A stretch of DNA of 64,000 bases from Takakia lepidozioides (Eukaryota; Plantae; Bryophyta), in NCBI GenBank assembly GCA_030704615.1, contig CM060731.1, positions 28,954,001 to 29,018,000 on the forward strand, read 5' to 3'. The notes under the pieces are model-generated. The model ran no database searches. It was not told where the DNA came from and saw only the letters and a list, made by a program, of their open reading frames with translations. This document shows, piece by piece, positions 55,647 through 64,000 of the stretch; position 1 is the first letter of the stretch, and each line of letters starts with the position of its first letter. The position numbers were made by a program, and so were the translations under genes.

Positions 55647-56342
55647 CTGGATAGGAAAAATTATCAAGAAAAGCATGGTAGGGAATCTGTCCTACCCATA
55701 GAACGCCCATAGTTCTGAGAACCGGCATCCTCAAAGTCTGGCCAAACCTTGTTAGCCCATCATGGGGCCCATTGAAGAAACATATCATTTTTGGGCAGTT
55801 TTAAAAGATTTGAGTAATGGGATCAACTGGGATTGAGGCGGGATTAGTAAGGCTTCATCCCCTTGGGATCCCTAGTCCAACAAGCCCAAAACAATCCAAT
55901 TTGGCCAATACATGTAGTGCTGTCACTTGGTCAAACTGGGCAAATCCCCTAACAATAACCCTCTCACACACACACATGTGAAGAAGTCTTAGCATGAAAA
56001 AGAGAGATTTACCTTCATCAAAAGTAGACCCCTTGCTTGCTGATGAGACAACTTTGCTTTAACTCGAAATTAGGACCATCAGTTGCCAATCCTGATTCTA
56101 CTTTAGGAAAGAATTAGAAAAAAAAAATAGAAGCCCTTATAAGTTTATTGGCTCTCTCCTTTCAAGGAAGAGCGTTGAAGTCAATGGAGAAAATGTGGTC
56201 AACGGACAACCAGCATGGGCACATACCATGTTGGATGTGGTTGTTGGTTCAAACCACCGTCTGTTATCTCATGAAGGTGTCCACCAAGAAGGCAACTGAC
56301 ACCATAAGTTAGGGGGGTCAAGTGACACCATTCCCTTCAAGA

Positions 56343-56369
56343 GGCGTCATATATATATATATATATATA
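56343..56369 (+). repeat. (AT)10 microsatellite preceded by GGCGTC
   Basis: Same GGCGTC-(AT)n junction as the LINE tails at 54539 and at 40210 (-). Confidence 0.7.
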
Positions 56370-57532
56370 GATTTGGGTCAATGGACCTTACACCGTGTCA
56401 AGAGTATGATTGGTCTAAAAAAGCTCTTAATATAAACCACGTGGCAGCTAAAATTGTTGCTTCAATGGACAAAGCCTCTTACGATTTGCGGCTTGTTAAG
56501 TAAGGAAAAATCATGTGCCATGGAGGCTGATAAGGAGAAGCGGCTCCATGACCAAGCTCAGAAGTGAAGAACAAAAATGCTAGCTACAGAAGCCTAGAGG
56601 GCGCACTAATTGATTTCATAAAAATTGAAGCAGATCTAAAAAGCAATTTACATTTAAATAGGCCCTGAAGCCTGTTGTGAATCTAACCAGGAGCAAATAA
56701 TAAATAAATAAATCAGGAGCTCAAGGTTCCTGAGAATACTGCTAAAGCAAATTAGTGGGGAAGTTTGGTGCCTACAGATCACGTAAAAGTAGAGTAGTGA
56801 CTCAGTCCCAGCCCCTGCATACGACGCCACTCTCCATTCGTCCATATCCATCGGGGCGGCATTCGTGTCATCCGTCAACAGAGGAGCGAAAAGCTGGGAA
56901 TCTTAGAGAGTCTCAGAGGATCTGAGAATCTCAGTTTTGCTGTCGTGTTGGTGGGCGACGGTCAAGTGTGCAAGGAGGAGAGGGGCAGCCGTGGAGCGGA
57001 TAGGGCACCCGCGCACATCTCGCGCTGCACTCGCAGGCTTCGGACGAGGCTCGCAGCAGTTTCTCGCAGCTGTGGTGCGCATCCACTGCCTCTCTGGGCT
57101 CACCGACCACGGAAAGCGTGAGGAAATCTGACTTTGAAGAGGGCCTTGCTGTGTCTTGAGTAGCACCGGAGAGGTCTTTCAAGGTGCCGTGCATGGTGTG
57201 TTTGGTAGGAGGGCTTTGGTGAGTCGATGCAGCCTGAAGTCGCCTTGGGTAAGGTTAGATATCTGTTTCAGGCAGGTGCATCCTCCGCGTGTGGAAGAGT
57301 CCGAGAGACAGAGAGATCTGGAGGGACTTGAGGAGAGACTCCTTGTACGTCTCTAGGACTCCATACTCGGCGCTCTTATAGCTAATAGACGGAAGTCGTC
57401 AGCTGGTGGAATTCATATTGAATGGTAGTTGGGAGCCAGTCAGATCCGAATTCGGACGGCATCGAGTGATCAATCGGAAAGGATTGGATAATAAGGGCAG
57501 TAGGGAGTAAAGCTGAGAGAAAAAGGGGAGAG

Positions 57533-58549
57533 ATGGAGACGGAGCCAGAAGAGATGCAGATCCTCGGACTGGGAGGCATCTTCATGGAGGCCATCAAAAT
57601 ATTGCGGTCCTATTCTCGGCTGCTCTTATCGCTCGCAGGCACGCTTGTGCTGCCCCTGTGCATCGTCATCTTCTCGCACAGTCTCATCTCCAATCCACTG
57701 TGGAGGAAAGTATTTAGAAACGAGCGGCTGGTGGAAGCAGAGCAAGGCACCCCAGAGGCTGCAAAAACAGAGAGAATTCTGGATATGGAGCTTGTTGGCC
57801 TTGCAATCCTCAGCTTCGTTTACGTAATGTCCGTCTTACTCTTTTCTCTACTGTCGACTGCAGCCATAGTGTACAGTGTGGCGAGCATCTACACCGGAAA
57901 GGGGCTATCTTACTTCAAGGTTATCAGCGTGGTTCCCAAAGTGTGGAAGCGATTAGCGTACACATTCATATGGGCCTATCTGGTGATTGCTGCCTATTAC
58001 GTAGCATTATTTGCGCTGGTACTCATGGTGGTTATCCTGCACGATGTAACCGGTATTACGATGGTACCCTTTTTGATCCCTCTGACACTGTTTTTCTATG
58101 CAATGTTGGTGTATCTCAACCTGGTCTGGCACCTAGCAAGTGTGGTGTCCGTTCTGGAAGACAGCTATGGGCTCGGAGCCCTGAAAAAGAGTGTCAATCT
58201 CATCAAGGGCAAGAAATTGGAGGGGTTTGGCCTGATGTTTATCTACTTTGTTTGTACTTTTCTCATATTGTGGCTGTTCCGCGTGACTGTGGTGTATCAC
58301 AAGCTTCACATGAGCAGCGTGGCAGGAAGGGTCATCCTAGGGATCTTACTCCTAGCGTTGTTCACAGCCGTGACACTTCTTGGTATTCTGGTGCAAAGCG
58401 TGTTGTATTTTACGTGCAAATCTTATCACCACGAGAGCATTGATCGCTATGCTCTGTCAGAGCACTTGGATGGATATTTGGGAGAGTACATGCCTCTTAA
58501 GGGTCCTGTTTCCTTGGAGGCTTTGGAGGCTGAGTTGGAAGAGATTTAA
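57533..58549 (+). CDS. Uncharacterised plant multi-pass membrane protein (At1g31130/At4g19950/At5g44860-like family), intronless, 338 aa
   Basis: Uninterrupted ORF with ~6 hydrophobic segments and family motifs SLLSTAAIVYSVASIY, VVPKVWKRL, WHLASVVSVLE, YFTCKSYHHESID...HL.GYLGEY.PLK. Confidence 0.92.
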   Translation: METEPEEMQILGLGGIFMEAIKILRSYSRLLLSLAGTLVLPLCIVIFSHSLISNPLWRKVFRNERLVEAEQGTPEAAKTERILDMELVGLAILSFVYVMSVLLFSLLSTAAIVYSVASIYTGKGLSYFKVISVVPKVWKRLAYTFIWAYLVIAAYYVALFALVLMVVILHDVTGITMVPFLIPLTLFFYAMLVYLNLVWHLASVVSVLEDSYGLGALKKSVNLIKGKKLEGFGLMFIYFVCTFLILWLFRVTVVYHKLHMSSVAGRVILGILLLALFTAVTLLGILVQSVLYFTCKSYHHESIDRYALSEHLDGYLGEYMPLKGPVSLEALEAELEEI

Positions 58550-60561
58550 AGACCCGTTCCAATGGGAGGGTGCCCACTTCTTAGAAATAGAAGCAGGGGA
58601 TTTGCATTGTAGGTATCATATAGATTTGGGTCTGGGGAAGAGAGGAGTTCCCAGCGAATAGTGATGTAGAGAAAGGGGAGGGAGGAAGGGAGGGGATGAT
58701 ACTTAAACGCTGTATCTCTATAGTCCTGGATGGCCCAGGAGTTACAACTCATGACTTTCTCAAGAAACTTTGTTGGAATTGTATAGCTACCACAGATTTG
58801 TTGTGGAGTTTTCCATGTGAATAGTCGACGCCACTTGAGCAGCTTTACTCTGAAATTTTCTTGCCTTTAAAGAACTTCACATTTGAACTCGCAGATTGCT
58901 GCTACTCTTATGTCATAGAATTTGGAGGACTCTATCTTGATCTTGCCTCTCTCTCTTTCTGTCTCTCTCTCTGGGCCGGTCGTTTTCTGTCGTGACTTGC
59001 AATTATTTGACGATTTTTGGAACTATCATCATTCTAGTGTCTCTGAGATGCTGTTGGTGACTCCCATCAGATATTGTTCAATGTGTTGCATTGGACTCAA
59101 TGGACCTGGATTGCAAGTATGATGCTGTTGATTGTGACCACAGATGAAGGTAATTGTGTTCTGTCTAGGAGAACTAACATCCTCAGGGATCTGTGGCAAG
59201 CATCTTGGTCACAGAGGTACAATAGGAGAGCTTTTCAGTAAATCTCTCAAGCCTCTTCTAGAACTCGAATACAGCTATCTTGTCAACATATCTTGGTCTT
59301 AGGTGATGTGAATGACTCCAAATTTGCAGGAAACAATCATGAGAGTTTCTCCCCCACCTTTGTGCTGTGGGCCCTCCCTCCGGACCTCTCACCTTCCTCA
59401 TCTCTTTCCCTAAAGGCTGTCTTTTCTCTTCAGCAGTACAATGTACAAGCAACTGCAGGCACATGGGTTCAGCTGGAGTAGCAGTGCAGTAATCACCCTC
59501 ATTTTCTCTACATCCATGGCAAGTTCCAGTCAAGTCTCGTATACATCCTGATGGTCTGTAGTCCCAACCAGGGTAATTAGTATCCTGTGTGGAAGATCAT
59601 CAAAGGATTCATTCATTGCTACTGTTTGCAGAGAGCAAATCAATGGGCACATCTCTCTTGGTCGTCCTGTTTCTCCTGTTTCCTGTTTCTGAGAAGAGAA
59701 CTAAAATCCGGTAAGTGCAATTCAAAGGCATATGTCACAATTCCTGATTCTACTCTTCACAGGAATCCTGCTTACATTGACAATTTCATGTGGATTCAGA
59801 AGGACTTGCTAAAAGAATCTCACATCACTAGCATGTCTGAAGGAAGGCGACTAATAGTGACTATATCACAACTTTGCCAACACTACATTCTTGTACTGTG
59901 AGAAGTTTGCGGAAACATCTGGCATGTGAGGTCCTCCACATGGTACCTTGCAGAGGCACTGTAGTGGACAGGACTCACAAGTCCTGCTGGAGTGTTGTGA
60001 CTGAAACATGAAAGAACAATGTGACATTGCTTTATATTTGTTCGTCATAAGGGAGATCAACCTTAAACCAGAACATCAGAAATCCGATTACTATAGCTAT
60101 ATAGCTCAGGACAAGCTACATACAAGAAGAAACAGGCACCTTGTATATCAATCCACAAATGGCAGGACAAAATTGTGCACCAACATCAAGGGAAAAACTC
60201 CTCGAAGCAGGGACATCCCCTTTTACAGGTAAGGCATAATCAGTTGATAGAACTGAATGCCTACTGCTAAGGTGGGCCATCAAAGAACTGCTCTCTTTCT
60301 CACCACTATCAAATGGGTGGGACCCATACCCTAAAGCAAGTATCAATGAGAAACAAAAAGCCATCATGGAGAACCACAAGGCTACATGTTAAGTGTTTCC
60401 CACATTGGCCCGTTGGAACCATGCCAGCTTTTCATACTTCGCAAAAAGCTAGAACCCAGAATCTCAGTGGGTAAACTACCTCAGACTTCACATCTCTTTC
60501 ACAATGTGTTCTGGTGTTGCTACAGAGCAATAGAACTTGACTGAAGTTTCCAATTGTTGTT

Positions 60562-63500
60562 TTAGCCTAGCTCTGTTGAGGAAACAATAAGGCGACGCCG
60601 GCCCTCACCTAGAAAGACATCTCGATAACCAAGGTTTTTTATTAACGTACGAACATCATCTGCTGTCTTCACCTCACCTTCTCTTCGGCACCGTCTCCAA
60701 AGTTTAAATAATGTGTCTCGCATGGGCACATGGCCTCCATCCATCTGCCAAAAATGCCATGTCAGCCATAAAACTCCAAGCAGCCCACTCAACAGAAATT
60801 CTGAATTCCCCGTAAAACTGAATGTAAGTGAAAGATTATCCAATAATCAAGAGTTCTTTGCGCCTAAGAGAACATCAGCAATTCAATCAGACAAGACAGC
60901 TACTTGCAAATCTTTCATCGGACTCCAACCTTTGTGAGTGCTGCAAGTGATTGATCAGACATTAACCCTGGTATTTGCGTATAGGTGTAAGAGCAAAAGC
61001 CTGATCAGTGAGCATCACTGTGGCCAATCACCCCTGATGCCTGAATAGGTTGGGCCATCTCTTATTATAATCCTCCAGATGATATAGAGTTTGCAGATTT
61101 GGACAAAAACAGTACCATGAGGGTGAGAGTACTCATAGCTGCCTGAATGTCGCGATTGACAACATGGGCCTCAATCAACAGTTCATGAGTCCGACCATCA
61201 GGCGTCAATCCTGCAGCCTTCATGTAATCATACAACTTCAAAGCTTCTTCGGTCTTCACACATGTATAACAGAATAACCACACAAACATTAGATCTTGTG
61301 CATGGAATGTGCTGAAGCACTAAGTTATCCCATGGCACCTTTCCAAACAAGTTGAATAAAATCATGCTTGATTGGAAGACCACTCCACCACAACCATGTA
61401 GAATTGCAAAGTTGCTTGTGCAACATATCTAGTGGTTCTTAAGACAAAATATGGGCCTAGCAGTCCGTTAACAGCTCCAAGTCACTGTGATCAGGGACAT
61501 GTCAAAGCCCACAACTATGTTTGTAACCGGATTACAGGTAAACGTTTTTCACCGAGACATGGACGCACCAGGGTTTCAACTGCATTCTTGAATCATGGTC
61601 GCTGGAGGATGCCTCATCAATGCAATGCAACTTTTCTCACAGCATCATGGACATTATGAGACACTTTCTGTCCACATAATGACTAGATAAAGTTACTGGG
61701 ACCAGTTAGCACATGAGCAGGCAGCCGACTCATTGAGCATGCATAATCCACGTATGCACTTTTAACTCATTAAATTGAGCAGCCTGTTTACCTCATCGAC
61801 TTGAGTAAACGCCTACACCATCAAAAATCAACCATAAACCTTTGCCTCACCACAACAAACCATCAAAGTGTTGGTGAATATGAAGCAGGATATGCTTCTA
61901 AAAGGGCTCACCTTCCTGTTCTTTCCAAAGGCATTGAGAAGTGCATTGACCGAATTAACATCAGGAGTCAAACCAAATGTGCTTCCAATGGCTTCAAATG
62001 TTTGATATGCACGGTCAACATCCCATACATTGGAACATCCCAGTATAACACAATTTATGGCTGCAAGGGACACAGCTTCACCACTCGCATGTATTTCTGC
62101 CAACTTATAATATGCCTGCACACAACAGAGACTCATCGTGAGCCCAAGTCTAAATCAACTCTCCAATCGGCAAAATCAAGAAAACAGACTCAAGGGTTGA
62201 ATTCTTCTGCACAGTTCAGGTTCCTTTACTCTATATGCAAGCCCAGAACTTTTTAGGTCACCGTCGCGACAAACAAACATATACTCGCATTACAGACCCA
62301 TGCTTTGGATATTTACCCAATTAGCCTAACATGCTACAGCAGGTTTGGCTGACAGCTCAACCCTGCACCATATCATAAACATGACCTGTGCAGATAGTGC
62401 AGATTGCTGGCTTCATTACTAATTTCTGACAGGAAGCACGAAAGTAAAGATATATGCCCACCTCACCCAGCTATATCTCAGAGACACGCACAAACTCAAA
62501 TGTCCCACAAAACCACACCAACTTGTCAAAATCTTGGACACTCACAAACTTGCCTGTACCTTCAAAAGTTTAGAAATCTGGAGCATTATGTAACATTCTG
62601 ATCATGGATTGTAGTGACTTACTCACCGCATCCAGAGCTGCAGGCCCTGCTTGTGTGATGGCCTGTACAAGTGGCAGCAAAGATGAAAATGGAGACATAA
62701 TCTCAATATCCTTCCCGTGGTTAAGCTCCAATTCACGCACTGTGGTAAATGCAGTAGTGAAGTCTCCCGCAGAAGAGCAAGCATGTACACGAGCTAAAAA
62801 AGCAGCCGGACACGGAACCCTTGTTGTGCCAATAGATTTCAGAAGAATGTCCCAGGCCTCATTTGAGAGGGCAGTGTTTCCTGTGCGAGCAGCAGTGCCA
62901 AGCAAAGCTACCATGCCCCCTTCATCCATGGTAAGCCCATTTGCAGACTGTGTAGATGTATGCTGGTTTAGAGTCTGCAGAGAAAGAAGGGCGCACTCTG
63001 CATCATCAACTTCTGTTGATGCAGTAGCTAGCTCCCCAACTGTCTGTACCTGTGGCACTAGCTGTTGACTCTGCATACAGCGACTTCCCACATGTAAGTG
63101 CATTGTCAAAAGATGATCCAAGTGCCCACTTGCAAACTCTTCTTCCCGGTTTATTGTTTCCGCTGTGAAAGCCACTTGAACAGAAGGCTTTAAGTAGGTC
63201 TTCAACCCCATGACAGCTTAAGCTTCTGCTCCTTTACAATACCATATTCTCTCAATGCTCTATGGCGCGGTAATCTCCCGCTGAATCACTGCAGTTGATG
63301 GATGAATTTTGCAAGAGACTGAAGCACCTGTCTGCGTTGAGATTGCAACATCCTACCAGTAGCTTGGTCATCCAATATCAACAACAGTTCCATTACCGTA
63401 ATGTCTTCTCTCAATGCTCTAAGACGTGGTAATCTCCCACGGAATCACTGCAGTTGACAAGTGATTTTTGCAAGAGCCTGATGTAACTGTCTGCGTTGAG

Positions 63501-64000
63501 ATTGCTTAAGCGACATCCTACCAGCAGCTAATACCAACAACAGATAGAGTTGGAAAGAGGCTTCAATGCAATAACAGAAGGGAGATGTAATTCAAGCTGC
63601 AAGTAGGACCCATTTTCTGCATTGCTTAGGGGAGCCTGCAATGATGTCCCAGACATGGAAGCTTGCAAGACAAAAGGGAAAGTGGGTTTATCCTAAGCTG
63701 AGCTAGCCATAACACTTTTGGCGGAGCAAACTTGTGAACTCAAGTATCAACCCGTAGCAAGTTACTATTGAAAATTCTGGTTCTACCTTGAGCTCCTTCA
63801 ACACAGCAACAGCAACCTGTGTCTTATGAACCCGGGCACATGCCACCAATAATTCATTGTAGGTAGTTTTGCTGGGCACAAAACCTCGGTCATACATCGC
63901 TTGCATATGTTTCAATGCTGGTGTAATCCTTCGGTCTAGCGCACACAATGCAATCACGAAATTGTAGGAGTCTCCATCAGGATGTGCCTCTGGGCCACCT
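60562..64000 (-). CDS. Pentatricopeptide repeat protein, At1g26460-like (probably mitochondrial); 5' end outside the window
   Basis: Exons >64000-63787, 63070-62627, 62115-61912, 61253-61116 and 60744-60562; AINCVILGCSNVWDVDRAYQTFEAI...FGLTPD...NALL.AFGK and PPR-like repeats. Confidence 0.88.
63247..63529. repeat. ~120-bp direct duplication in a PPR intron
   Basis: TTCTCTCAATGCTCTA...GAATCACTGCAGTTGA...TGTCTGCGTTGAGATTGC at 63247 and 63406. Confidence 0.85.

Overview
Eukaryotic land-plant nuclear DNA, probably a non-seed plant such as a bryophyte (inferred from the gene and TE repertoire, not proven). Four host genes flank a ~40 kb transposon island. On the left are a CYP85-clan (CYP707A-like) P450 (-, 3' end outside the window) and a complete 11-exon LACS8/9-type acyl-CoA synthetase (-). 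On the right are an intronless multi-pass membrane protein (+) and an At1g26460-like PPR gene (-, 5' end outside the window). The island (~15.9-55.7 kb) holds a Harbinger element with a nested hAT MITE, a non-chromovirus Ty3/gypsy with a clean 3,055-bp internal inversion, two CACTA remnants, a decayed spliced gene with three tandem FCP1/NIF (HAD) phosphatase-like domains lying head-to-head with a CACTA transposase fragment, two inverted chromovirus copies, and 3' fragments of a restriction-like-endonuclease non-LTR retrotransposon ending in GGCGTC(AT)n. Nested TTAA-flanked piggyBac-like MITEs sit in a P450 intron. The best candidates for novelty are the putative CACTA-borne triple-FCP1 cargo gene, the RLE LINE with (AT)n tails, and the piggyBac-like MITEs. 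All calls were made by eye, without database searches.
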